From the IMG/VR virus record IMGVR_UViG_3300046787_000286, positions 62,001-126,000 of that record: DNA of 64,000 bases. The stretch is one strand, 5' to 3'. The first letter of the stretch is position 1, and every line of letters starts with the position of its first letter. A program made the translations under genes and the position numbers. Shown piece by piece: positions 13,916-22,994 of the stretch. The notes beneath the pieces were generated by a model. It did not search any database and was not told where the DNA came from. It saw nothing but the letters and a program-made list of their open reading frames with translations.

Positions 13916-14464
13916 TTAGAAGCCGAAACTTAGACCTAAACCAAATGCTTTCTCTTTGATATCCTGAGCAGAACGGCTTGCATTTAAGTTAACTGCAACA
14001 TTCTTTGCGACTGGCAAAGAGTATGTTGCAAATGAAACTGTTTGCTTAGTACGTGCGCCGTCTTCAGTTGAACCTACACGAGTCTTTGCACCCAACAACA
14101 AGAAGCCTGGACCGACTGGGCGACCATAAGTTGCACCAACTAAGCCATAGTTGAAACTTGCGCCACCGTTGAAGCCATTGTCATGACCAGCACCGATGAA
14201 TGGAGTAATACCTGCGATGTTAACCTTGTTGTTAGCAACAGTAGTTTCCAAACTGTTCACAACAACGCCGTCATTAAAACGTGCGGTTCGAGATTGCAAG
14301 TTGACTTGGTAGTCACCGAAGCCTTTTCCAGCACGAATATATTGGGCTGTGCTGTCAGTTGCACCTTTGCGACCTTGTACGTTTTCAACGTCAACTGATA
14401 CAAAGTCTACTGCAAAAGCAGAGCTAGAAATGGCCAAAGCCAAGATTGCGAAGATTTTTTTCAT
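13916..14464 (-). CDS. outer-membrane beta-barrel protein
   Basis: MKK signal peptide with AFA cleavage site, alternating beta-strands, C-terminal GLSFGF (BamA signal); sigma70 promoter at 14504-14532. Confidence 0.75.
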   Translation of the reverse strand: MKKIFAILALAISSSAFAVDFVSVDVENVQGRKGATDSTAQYIRAGKGFGDYQVNLQSRTARFNDGVVVNSLETTVANNKVNIAGITPFIGAGHDNGFNGGASFNYGLVGATYGRPVGPGFLLLGAKTRVGSTEDGARTKQTVSFATYSLPVAKNVAVNLNASRSAQDIKEKAFGLGLSFGF

Positions 14465-14546
14465 GTAATTTCCTTTTAGTTAAAATGACTTGCGTCACTT
14501 TACATTATATATTCGTAGCTACGTTAAGTCAAGTAAAAACGACAAA

Positions 14547-15101
14547 TTACTTGTTGGTGTCTTCTACAGGAACCCATCCTAATTTAAAAAAGTCTTCTCG
14601 GATCTCATCTGTGACACAGCTTTCACTAACATACTTGACAATGTCCATGCCTTGCTCTAGAGCCGATGCTATCTGCTGTTCAGTAAGCTCGCCTTTAATT
14701 CCTGAGCAGTACCAATCAATGTAGTCCCCAGACTCTACCATGTCAGCAACAATACCCCCGGCATAACGCCAGGAGCAAGAGTAAGTTTGCCCTTTCAGCA
14801 GCGGCCACACATCATTCTTTTGCCAGTCTTGATTGCACAAGGCAGCATAGATATTTTGTGCATAGCTTTCACGAGACTTAGCTTTGTCGCAGATCCACTC
14901 AGTGCTACGAAGATCATATTCCAAATTGTTCTGTTGCCACTCGGGCTCGGCTTCTTTTTTCTTAACCATATCACTCCACACACGCTCCCGCTCAATGGTT
15001 TGTCGAACTTCTTCATCAGTGTTGGGATCGCGCCCTTCTGCTATTACATCGTCGATGCGACACTTGCTGTGAAAGGTACCTTTAATGGGACTTGAGTTCA
15101 T
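14547..15101 (-). CDS. hypothetical phage protein
   Basis: long ORF downstream of a tRNA and promoter. Confidence 0.7.
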   Translation of the reverse strand: MNSSPIKGTFHSKCRIDDVIAEGRDPNTDEEVRQTIERERVWSDMVKKKEAEPEWQQNNLEYDLRSTEWICDKAKSRESYAQNIYAALCNQDWQKNDVWPLLKGQTYSCSWRYAGGIVADMVESGDYIDWYCSGIKGELTEQQIASALEQGMDIVKYVSESCVTDEIREDFFKLGWVPVEDTNK

Positions 15102-15119
15102 ATAGCTAAGAAAGTTAAA

Positions 15120-15194
15120 TGGTGCGACTGGAGGATTACGATACCTCGACCCAGCGATTATGAGTCGCTTGCTCTTCCTCTGAGCTACAGTCGC
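15120..15194 (-). tRNA. trnI: tRNA-Ile2(CAT), lysidine type
   Basis: AGCGA-CTCATAA-TCGCT arm typical of Ile2; CCA; promoter at 15203-15231. Confidence 0.8.
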
Positions 15195-15227
15195 TTATGT
15201 GTATTATACAACTATCCTAGATAATTG

Positions 15228-15611
15228 TCAATTGTAATTATCTAAAAACTTTTCCAAATCGCCGTATAAGTTAACTAACACAGCTTCACGGCTGCTAAAG
15301 AAAATTAGTTTAGCGACTCTTTGTTTTTCTACTTTGATGTAGTATGGCATTTGCAGCCTACGATCTAACTCTAAAATAGTTTTTTGGTTAAATCTAGACT
15401 TTGCCGGAATGTCAAATTCGTAGAACTCTATCTCTAACTCTTTAACAAATGCATCGTACCCATGTTTGGTTAAACGCATGCCACCGTTTTCTCTAAAGTT
15501 GTACCACCAAGTTATCCTTGCTTGGTCCACAGTCCAACTACCTGGTGGCAGTTTCTCCACCAGTTGTCGGGTGAGCTCTACCTTATCGCGCACCTGGGTA
15601 GATTTGTTCAC
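15228..15611 (-). CDS. hypothetical protein
   Basis: ORF in co-directional operon. Confidence 0.7.
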   Translation of the reverse strand: MNKSTQVRDKVELTRQLVEKLPPGSWTVDQARITWWYNFRENGGMRLTKHGYDAFVKELEIEFYEFDIPAKSRFNQKTILELDRRLQMPYYIKVEKQRVAKLIFFSSREAVLVNLYGDLEKFLDNYN

Positions 15612-15879
15612 CTTGTGTTAGTAACACTACAGTGAACTTGTCTGTTTTGAATTGAGTATTCAACTTCTTGGCCAAGTTAATAGCATGCCCTGGATTAGAG
15701 AATGATACCTTCTTATACTTCGGCCCTGGATATTGCACCAAAAGATTAGAAGTTTTAAGATTGATTGGCTTGTTATCATAGAACACTGCCCATACACCCT
15801 CACTGGCTAATACCTGCTCAGATTTGTATGTTGCTTTGTCTGTTAGTTCAACAAGAACTTTTGGTTTAGGTCTACTCAT
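15583..15879 (-). CDS. hypothetical protein
   Basis: late-promoter motif ATAAATA at 15885-15891. Confidence 0.75.
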   Translation of the reverse strand: MSRPKPKVLVELTDKATYKSEQVLASEGVWAVFYDNKPINLKTSNLLVQYPGPKYKKVSFSNPGHAINLAKKLNTQFKTDKFTVVLLTQGEQIYPGAR

Positions 15880-15909
15880 AACAATATTTATCCAAGAAAA
15901 CGGCGCAGT

Positions 15910-16119
15910 TTACTTAAACGTGCCGCCTTCTATGGAAACTTGTATTATTTCTTCTGCAGGCTTTGCAGCCATCTGCTCTCGGTAACTTTGTAACTCTAAC
16001 AAAATTCTTGTGATTTCAGCTGACATTGCCTTAGCATCAGACAACGGAATGCTCATGTCTCGTAGTCCACGAGCTTCCGTACCTTGTACCCTATCGATAA
16101 ACTTTTGTAAGTGTATCAT
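15910..16119 (-). CDS. hypothetical protein
   Basis: ATGA overlap with the upstream gene. Confidence 0.7.
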   Translation of the reverse strand: MIHLQKFIDRVQGTEARGLRDMSIPLSDAKAMSAEITRILLELQSYREQMAAKPAEEIIQVSIEGGTFK

Positions 16120-16478
16120 TGCTTTCTAACAAACGGTTTAAGATCAGGTGCTACCCAGCCCAGCGGCTTGAGTACTTTACCATCTTCGCGCTTGCGTACC
16201 ATACCTGTTTCACTGTCAATTTTAGCAAAGTTAGTTTTCATAACTTCTTTCCAGGCACCTTCGGCGTCTGCGCCCATTGAATGTATAGCACCAATAGTAA
16301 CAACTAAAATGTCAATCAATGCATCCAAGTCGTCTTCCATGGTAACAGAATCTTCTAATTCCTGCACTTCTTCTTTGATAAGATTAAAATAGAGTTTATA
16401 TTGCTCTATATTTTCGCCAGCAGTGGATTGACCACATGCTTGCATAAATTTTTGTTGGTCCTTAAATGGATTGGTCAT
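16116..16478 (-). CDS. MazG-like/PRA-PH nucleotide pyrophosphohydrolase
   Basis: LIKEEVQEL...DALIDILVVTIG, NFAK, GKVLKP; start MTNPFKDQ. Confidence 0.8.
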   Translation of the reverse strand: MTNPFKDQQKFMQACGQSTAGENIEQYKLYFNLIKEEVQELEDSVTMEDDLDALIDILVVTIGAIHSMGADAEGAWKEVMKTNFAKIDSETGMVRKREDGKVLKPLGWVAPDLKPFVRKQ

Positions 16479-16914
16479 TTGCTTCTTCCTTTGTATGAAA
16501 TGGTCCATGGTATTTGTAACGCTGTAGTGCAATCAACTTTGGGTTTTGAATTGTTTTCCAATTCTTGCCTCGTTGAATAGTATACCACCCGGCAGCGAAC
16601 CATGATTTAGATTTGTTAGATTTTGTAAACAACGGTAATCGATGTTTAACGTCCCAAATTGGATTGTAAATCCTACCGGCAGTTTCGTAACCGTGTACGT
16701 CACCTACCGCAGTTTTCTTTTTTGTTTTAGGAGGCTGCTCGAACACAATATTGTGTAGTTGAGTAACCATCTTGATAGATTTGTACTGCTGAATAGTATC
16801 GTTTAAACGAACTTGAAACCCGCCACTTTGACATGCTTCGACATTGCCTATTTTTTTGTCGTCTTGTTGTAGAATCCAAAACTGTTTATCAATTACTGGT
16901 TTAGCTACGATCAT
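16462..16914 (-). CDS. hypothetical protein
   Basis: coupled to the RNase H gene. Confidence 0.7.
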   Translation of the reverse strand: MIVAKPVIDKQFWILQQDDKKIGNVEACQSGGFQVRLNDTIQQYKSIKMVTQLHNIVFEQPPKTKKKTAVGDVHGYETAGRIYNPIWDVKHRLPLFTKSNKSKSWFAAGWYTIQRGKNWKTIQNPKLIALQRYKYHGPFHTKEEANDQSI

Positions 16915-17944
16915 TTAATACTCCTTTGTATGTTTCATTCATCCAGCGACTAATTGGATCAGCAAACTCACTCAACTTGTTAAGTTCGAATTTTCCACAG
17001 AACTTGAGAAAGTGCATGCCCACTTGCCCAACATCTTTGTGGCTAATTTGCTCTAAGATTGCTGCATCTACAGTTGCTTTGATGTCGTCGGGTTGAGCTG
17101 TTAAATCAATCAAGGTTCGATTGCGTTCGTAGTCGTCGAGAACTTTGTGCTCTTGTTCATTATGATCGGTCCAGCGTTGCAACATGAGATTGTTCCAAGA
17201 ATATCCTTTCTTGTCACGATCTTCAAACGCTTCTGTAAGACCTACTCGATTCTTGCTACCTTTGATAGGAGCACCAGGGTAAGCAGAAAATACATTATCG
17301 CCAGTATCACCTCGGATACATTTCAAGAACAATGCCCATTTGTGCCAGTTTGTGGGAGCCACAAAGCTGGGATCATGTTTTTCAACTTTAATCTTGCTGT
17401 CACTCTTAACTGTAAACTTCAACGAACGACCCTTGTCATCTTCTACCCCGTTGACAGTAAACAAGTGATCGGTGATACCATTATAGAGACTGACGTTTGG
17501 TGCAACCAATTGCACAAAATCAGAATCTGAACTTACAATAACATGTTCGTCTTGAGGGTGTAAAGCAATCCAACGTGCAATGATGTCATCAGCTTCTGCT
17601 GTAGCACAGCGAATAACACTACAGTTGGTTTTTGTAGACAAGTATTTAGTCATCTCGTCATACGTTTGCCAAAACAGGGTATCTTCTTCTGCTTCTGTTT
17701 CTGTCATTGCCTGGCGTGCTACTGTGCGATTGGCTTTGTAAGGCTTGTATGCGTCTTTGCGCCAGCTACGCCCTTCCAGTGCGAAAACCATGTGATCTGC
17801 GCCAAACTTGCGAGCTACTTTGTTTGCGCTCATCATTGTAACTTGCAACGAGAACCCTAATTTAGTCCAAGTATCACTAGCACGGTGCGCTGAATGACGG
17901 GCACGAAAAAACATATTGGATGTGTCAATTAGCACATATTTCAT
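16901..17944 (-). CDS. rnh: T4-type RNase H / 5'-3' exonuclease (FEN family)
   Basis: LIDTSN, EADDII, SSDSDFVQL, GDTGDN motifs. Confidence 0.9.
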   Translation of the reverse strand: MKYVLIDTSNMFFRARHSAHRASDTWTKLGFSLQVTMMSANKVARKFGADHMVFALEGRSWRKDAYKPYKANRTVARQAMTETEAEEDTLFWQTYDEMTKYLSTKTNCSVIRCATAEADDIIARWIALHPQDEHVIVSSDSDFVQLVAPNVSLYNGITDHLFTVNGVEDDKGRSLKFTVKSDSKIKVEKHDPSFVAPTNWHKWALFLKCIRGDTGDNVFSAYPGAPIKGSKNRVGLTEAFEDRDKKGYSWNNLMLQRWTDHNEQEHKVLDDYERNRTLIDLTAQPDDIKATVDAAILEQISHKDVGQVGMHFLKFCGKFELNKLSEFADPISRWMNETYKGVLNDRS

Positions 17945-17952
17945 TAGAAGCC

Positions 17953-18657
17953 TTAGATTATCTGGTTACGAACAATGTATTGTAGCATATAATTTGCCCA
18001 AAAGCAATGAGCGTCTTTACCAAAATGCCAAGAATCGGGCGCTACAGTTTGAAACCCGTTTTGTTGTAATACAGAAGTGTACGTTCCTGCACTGCTGTAA
18101 GGATCAATGTAACTTGTGCCCCAATCATGCTGATCTGAGATGGTGCTAAAGTCGTTGTTACCGTTAAAGAAAATGTGCGGGATTCCTTGATCTTCTAACT
18201 CAAGATGGAACTCCCAGATATTCTTGTGCCACTGCTGTGTACAAATATGCCAGTCTACGTTGGCAACAAAGTTTTTATAACGAAGTTTCATGCTATCAGG
18301 AACATCGTCAATTCCTGATGCATTGACTTGAAAATACGTACCGTTTTCGTCTTGCCATTCTTCTCGTTCCCATGTGCTCCATTGTATAACAACTAGTGCA
18401 TCTTGATTACGTGCATGATTTAACCATTCGCGTGTGGTACGTAGAATACGATGATTAGAACTTGCTGATTCAGCACCGCAATGAAAACTTGCTTTCAATG
18501 GCGTGCTTAATACTTTGCCCCAACTAACTGCTAGATTAGCAGGATGTGGGCTTCGTCCTAGATAAAATAATGCACCATCGTCCATTGCAAACGCATGGTT
18601 ATTCATTGCTTCTGCTGCGGCAGTGTGGCTATCACCATTGACGTATAGTATTGTCAT
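17953..18657 (-). CDS. SGNH-like hypothetical protein
   Basis: NGDSH block I, C-terminal HFGKDAH. Confidence 0.55.
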   Translation of the reverse strand: MTILYVNGDSHTAAAEAMNNHAFAMDDGALFYLGRSPHPANLAVSWGKVLSTPLKASFHCGAESASSNHRILRTTREWLNHARNQDALVVIQWSTWEREEWQDENGTYFQVNASGIDDVPDSMKLRYKNFVANVDWHICTQQWHKNIWEFHLELEDQGIPHIFFNGNNDFSTISDQHDWGTSYIDPYSSAGTYTSVLQQNGFQTVAPDSWHFGKDAHCFWANYMLQYIVRNQII

Positions 18658-18953
18658 TCTTGTTTTGCTAATTTTACAACAACTTCAAGGCGTCCTAACA
18701 TATCTGCTACTGCCGGCACATGGCGAAGTTTAAATGCTTCCTCTAGCATGCCGACTGTGTCATGCTCAAAGTCGTTCATAAACTGAAACAAGTAGGTAGA
18801 TCCGTCGCTGCATATATTGGCTAACACACCATTTCTACCGCGAATACTTACAGTAGTACCAGCGGCTGGCGGTGTTGAGAAGCTGATAGAGTTCTGCGTA
18901 GCGTGATAATCCGCACCAGGGCACTGCATAATCCCATTGACGTAAACTAGCAT
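18654..18953 (-). CDS. hypothetical protein
   Basis: overlapping start/stop junctions on both sides. Confidence 0.65.
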   Translation of the reverse strand: MLVYVNGIMQCPGADYHATQNSISFSTPPAAGTTVSIRGRNGVLANICSDGSTYLFQFMNDFEHDTVGMLEEAFKLRHVPAVADMLGRLEVVVKLAKQE

Positions 18954-19336
18954 TAGCTAACTTCTTTGCGACCGTTACCTAAATCTGTTGTTCTAACATA
19001 AATGCCCGAGTTACGCATAGCTTCTTCTTGTTCCCATGTTTCCATTACAACATGCCTACACACATTCTGGAACCAACGATCAACAATATCAGATTCGGTA
19101 TCGTCTGCTTTCATTTGATACCCGGCACGAACTAAATTGCTAACAAACTTATCATTCCAGTCTAGCTCAAACGCACCTTGGTGTAAGTTGTCGGGATCGA
19201 TTTCCATGCTAACCATACTTACATATGGTTCACCACGTTCGTTAGCCAACTCTTTTTCTGTTTTCTTTTTAGGCTTTGGTAAGTCAACTACTTTGGCCTC
19301 TGGCTTCTTCTTTTTAAATCTATCAAATATTCCCAT
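18953..19336 (-). CDS. conserved hypothetical phage protein
   Basis: AGGAG RBS 7 nt before MGIFDRF. Confidence 0.7.
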   Translation of the reverse strand: MGIFDRFKKKKPEAKVVDLPKPKKKTEKELANERGEPYVSMVSMEIDPDNLHQGAFELDWNDKFVSNLVRAGYQMKADDTESDIVDRWFQNVCRHVVMETWEQEEAMRNSGIYVRTTDLGNGRKEVS

Positions 19337-19802
19337 TGTCATTCTCCTTAATTTCTTGCCAGGTGTAATCACCTAACCACTTAACCCGGGTTATGTATTC
19401 ATAACCTTCAGGGATACCGGTGGTCCAATCAGATGGACCCAGGATGCTCAATCTAGTAATATTCTTTCGATGATCGCATATTAGCCAGTATATATTACCA
19501 TGCGCAATTTGAAAGTCGTATTTGGCTGCATGTACCATGTCAGTAACAGCTAATCTATGTTTAATATCGTCTGCTTGTTTTTGTAACACAGAAACTAGAT
19601 CCATAATACGGTTGTATTCTTGCTCGGCATGCATACGAGCAACATTGATCATGATATCTTTTTGCTGCTCAACAGGAACTAGATCAAATTTAACACTACC
19701 TGCTTCCGTAGGGTACGGCGACACATTTCTATTAAAAAACGCAACCAGTGTATTACCACTGGTTATGTCAAAACTTTCTCTGCCCTTGGATACATTGGAC
19801 AC
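19323..19802 (-). CDS. DUF2452-like hypothetical protein
   Basis: PYPTEAGSVKF...AKYDFQ...GNIYWL pattern. Confidence 0.6.
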   Translation of the reverse strand: MSNVSKGRESFDITSGNTLVAFFNRNVSPYPTEAGSVKFDLVPVEQQKDIMINVARMHAEQEYNRIMDLVSVLQKQADDIKHRLAVTDMVHAAKYDFQIAHGNIYWLICDHRKNITRLSILGPSDWTTGIPEGYEYITRVKWLGDYTWQEIKENDNGNI

Positions 19803-19813
19803 TATATTTACTC

Positions 19814-20602
19814 TTACTTTTTAAACACAGGAATTGGATTCATCTTGTGTATGTTGCGAGCACGAATCTCTCGATACTTCTTGAGTTGTGCTTTTTCTGT
19901 CTTGGTCAATGCTAGTGGATCCCATACACAGTTATCAGCTTGATCTAGTGCCATTGCATGTTCTAACTCTGGGTAAGTCATTCCTAACTGTGACTCGTCT
20001 GTGCGGTCGTCGTCCCATAACCCATCTGTTGGCGGTGCGTTAATGATCTCTTGCTCGATGCCCAATTCTCGAGCTATAGCCCACACTTCAGTTTTTAAGC
20101 AGTCGCCAATTGGGCTGATGTCTACACCGCCGTCGCCATACTTGGTAAAGAAGCCAACACCAAAGTCTTCTACTTTATTGCCAGTGCCTACAACAATACC
20201 GTTATGGCATTGTGCAATTTGATACAGCGTCATCATACGTAAACGAGCACGTGAGTTTGCTGATGCTAGCTTGTATGTATCATATGTGTCATCCTCGATT
20301 CCACAGAAAGGATCTACTTTCTTTTCGAATGCAGAAAACACTGGAGTTAAATCCATGCTCATGTGTGTAACGTTGTCAAACCGCTCTACTAGCCAACCGG
20401 CATGCAATGAGCTACGTTTGTCTAGCTTTTTATTCTGACGAATTGGCATTTGCACAACAATAGTTTTCAGCCCGGTCTTGGCACATAAAGTGCTAACAAC
20501 TGAGCTATCGATGCCGCCGGAGATACCAACAACTAGTGTAGTGACCTTTGCCTTCTTGGCATAGTCTTTGATCCATTTTGTAATTTGTGCGTGTAATTTC
20601 AT
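19814..20602 (-). CDS. nadE: NH3-dependent NAD+ synthetase
   Basis: SGGIDS PP-loop, NSRARLRM, GTGNKVE, FFTKYGDG, PTDGL...TDE...LG..Y; start MKLHAQ overlaps the queE stop. Confidence 0.88.
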   Translation of the reverse strand: MKLHAQITKWIKDYAKKAKVTTLVVGISGGIDSSVVSTLCAKTGLKTIVVQMPIRQNKKLDKRSSLHAGWLVERFDNVTHMSMDLTPVFSAFEKKVDPFCGIEDDTYDTYKLASANSRARLRMMTLYQIAQCHNGIVVGTGNKVEDFGVGFFTKYGDGGVDISPIGDCLKTEVWAIARELGIEQEIINAPPTDGLWDDDRTDESQLGMTYPELEHAMALDQADNCVWDPLALTKTEKAQLKKYREIRARNIHKMNPIPVFKK

Positions 20603-21459
20603 TATTTCCCCCAACCATTTCCCCACAAGTCGACGTGTAGTCGTGGACTGTAGTTGTAACCTTTGCTTAGTGCCCAATCTGCAACCTTAACACGGTTAGC
20701 AGCATAAGGAGTAACAACACCGCCTTGTGGCATTACATATACAACCCCAGTAAAGCCACCTGCTCTAAATTCTTTCACAGCACGTTCGACTTCGGCAAAG
20801 TGTTCTTCTGTTTCAACAACGAACTTAAGATACGTTGTACCATAGTCTTGATACATGCGTACAATTTCTGGGCGAATAGCTTCTTCCCACAGTTCACCAC
20901 TTGCACTTAGTTTAGCACTAACACTAAATGTAATTTCATTACCAGGACGATCACCCCAGTCTAACAAGTAGTCAATGAACTTAGGTTGCAAAGTTTGTGT
21001 GCCATTTGTTTCAAATGTAATATTCTTCAAGTCTGCCATATCCGGATGATCCAGCAGCTCTTGGTAAGCACGTTGCCAGCCTAACAAAGGCTCGCCACCT
21101 GTGATAACCAAATGTACATCGTTGCCGTTATCCTGTACCCAATGTTTGTTGGGAGTCAACGCCAACATTTGATCCACTAGGTCTTTGGTCTCAACCATCG
21201 GACTCAGTTCTTTAAACGCAGGATGCCAACTTGCGTAGCTGTCGCATCCAGTATTAACAAGGGGTAGACTAGTAAAATCCTTATACATCTCGATGTTCTT
21301 CGCCACGTCGTCTGCCTCTTTCGAAGTCTCGCCCGGCTTGCAACCGAAGCCCGAACAAGTAAAGTTACATCCGAAGGTTCGTAAGAATACTGAAGGAACG
21401 CCAACAAAGCGTCCTTCGCCCTGGGCAGAGTAAAAGAGTTCACTGATTTTTAATTTCAT
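20602..21459 (-). CDS. queE: 7-carboxy-7-deazaguanine synthase
   Basis: ELFYSAQGEGRFVGVPSVFLRTFGCNFTC...CDS, ITGGEP, ETNGT, RLHVDLWG. Confidence 0.92.
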   Translation of the reverse strand: MKLKISELFYSAQGEGRFVGVPSVFLRTFGCNFTCSGFGCKPGETSKEADDVAKNIEMYKDFTSLPLVNTGCDSYASWHPAFKELSPMVETKDLVDQMLALTPNKHWVQDNGNDVHLVITGGEPLLGWQRAYQELLDHPDMADLKNITFETNGTQTLQPKFIDYLLDWGDRPGNEITFSVSAKLSASGELWEEAIRPEIVRMYQDYGTTYLKFVVETEEHFAEVERAVKEFRAGGFTGVVYVMPQGGVVTPYAANRVKVADWALSKGYNYSPRLHVDLWGNGWGK

Positions 21460-21512
21460 AGTGTATTTAGACAAGATATTTTATATGCTATTATAATGGT
21501 TAAATAGATTTT

Positions 21513-22211
21513 ATGCAACCATTAAATTTACCAAAACTTATTGACAGTCCAGGCTTCATGTTAGCAGCCGATACTGTGTACTTTCAAAAATGGACAAAGT
21601 ATTTGTTCTTCAGTATTAAGAAACATGCACCTTGGGCGCACGTACATTTTCATGTGTTTGATCCAACTGCGGAAGATTTAGCCTGGTTGTCGGCAGCAGA
21701 TTGTAGTTATACATTTGAAACAACCCCATTAGATTATTGCCAGTCACACCAGGACAAGGTTGTGTATTGGTGCGCTGCAAGATATATTCGAACTACTGAA
21801 ATATACACTGATTCAACTCCTGTGATTAACCTAGATGCCGATAGCATTATGGTTTCTAGTTTAAGTCAAGAGCAATTTTTAAAAGACCTTGAACATAGCT
21901 GGGTACCAGTTGCTCCAAAGAGAGAAACTAGAAGTTTGTGTAGTGCGTTAGGTCTAGGGACTGATAACGGACGCTACGATGTTAGAAATGTATTACTAGA
22001 GGTATATAACAACTCTAGATTAACCTGGGCATTAGACCAACGACTATGCGATCAACTGCTAGACTCAGGCAAACTACAAGCAATGGACTTACGATACACA
22101 GATTTCAAAATGAAAGATACCTCTTACATCTGGACTGGTAAAGGAGACAGAGTTGATAAGTCTAGTTTCCAAAATGCACTGCGCCCGTATATAGGGTTAG
22201 TATCTCGCTAA
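21513..22211 (+). CDS. glycosyltransferase-like protein (GT-A, DAD motif)
   Basis: INLDADSI, DQ near the C-terminus, WTGKG; TTAAATA late motif upstream. Confidence 0.5.
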   Translation: MQPLNLPKLIDSPGFMLAADTVYFQKWTKYLFFSIKKHAPWAHVHFHVFDPTAEDLAWLSAADCSYTFETTPLDYCQSHQDKVVYWCAARYIRTTEIYTDSTPVINLDADSIMVSSLSQEQFLKDLEHSWVPVAPKRETRSLCSALGLGTDNGRYDVRNVLLEVYNNSRLTWALDQRLCDQLLDSGKLQAMDLRYTDFKMKDTSYIWTGKGDRVDKSSFQNALRPYIGLVSR

Positions 22212-22994
22212 TGATTCTTTAAGTCCTAGCAACGGAAGTTTATATTTTTCTAATTTGTCACCGTTGCCTGTGTAACTCATTCCTTGCTCAGTAACTTCGA
22301 TAAGAGATTTGTCTAGATTGTGTGTGTCGCAGTAGATACCTAATGTCTCGCTAAGGGTATACTTTTCAGCATACACACAGTTAATGTCTCGATCGATTAT
22401 GTTTCCATTGAGTACTGCATTAATGACCGTAGTAAAATCTTCGGCGCTGATCATATCAAATTTTCTATCAGTGATACTGAACTTATTGCCTTGCGCTAGA
22501 GAGGAATGTAATTTTTTAAGTAATCTAGCATTGTCTTCAGACGAGTCGAAACACCCAAACAATCGCAAATTATAACACATAGAATGTGTCCACAAGCATC
22601 TAGATATAAGATTTTTACTCATCCCGTAACTTTGTTGCGGTGAACAAGTGAATATGCTAGATTCTCTAGCACAATCAATTGGCTGACTAATATCAAACTC
22701 TGCACCTGTGCCGATATTAATTAATGTATCAAACTCACGACTATTAGACATGAGATTCATCACAGACAGAAGATTACTATTAACTATGTTACGATCTTCG
22801 GCCCATGGTGTGTTGCGACCAGCTGCACCACAATGGATTACTGCATCATATCTATTATGTTGAAAATGATTGTGTGTTGCTTCTGCGTCAGACAAGTCAA
22901 GTTCCTGTCGCGTAAGTGCAACGACATTGTATTGTAAATGTCTAGCAAGGTACGAGCCGAGGAATCCCCCGGCCCCTGTAATCAAAACCTTCAA
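22197..22994 (-). CDS. NAD-dependent sugar epimerase/reductase (extended SDR; YerF-like position)
   Basis: TGAGGFLG, YGMSK. Confidence 0.85.
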   Translation of the reverse strand: MKVLITGAGGFLGSYLARHLQYNVVALTRQELDLSDAEATHNHFQHNRYDAVIHCGAAGRNTPWAEDRNIVNSNLLSVMNLMSNSREFDTLINIGTGAEFDISQPIDCARESSIFTCSPQQSYGMSKNLISRCLWTHSMCYNLRLFGCFDSSEDNARLLKKLHSSLAQGNKFSITDRKFDMISAEDFTTVINAVLNGNIIDRDINCVYAEKYTLSETLGIYCDTHNLDKSLIEVTEQGMSYTGNGDKLEKYKLPLLGLKESLARY

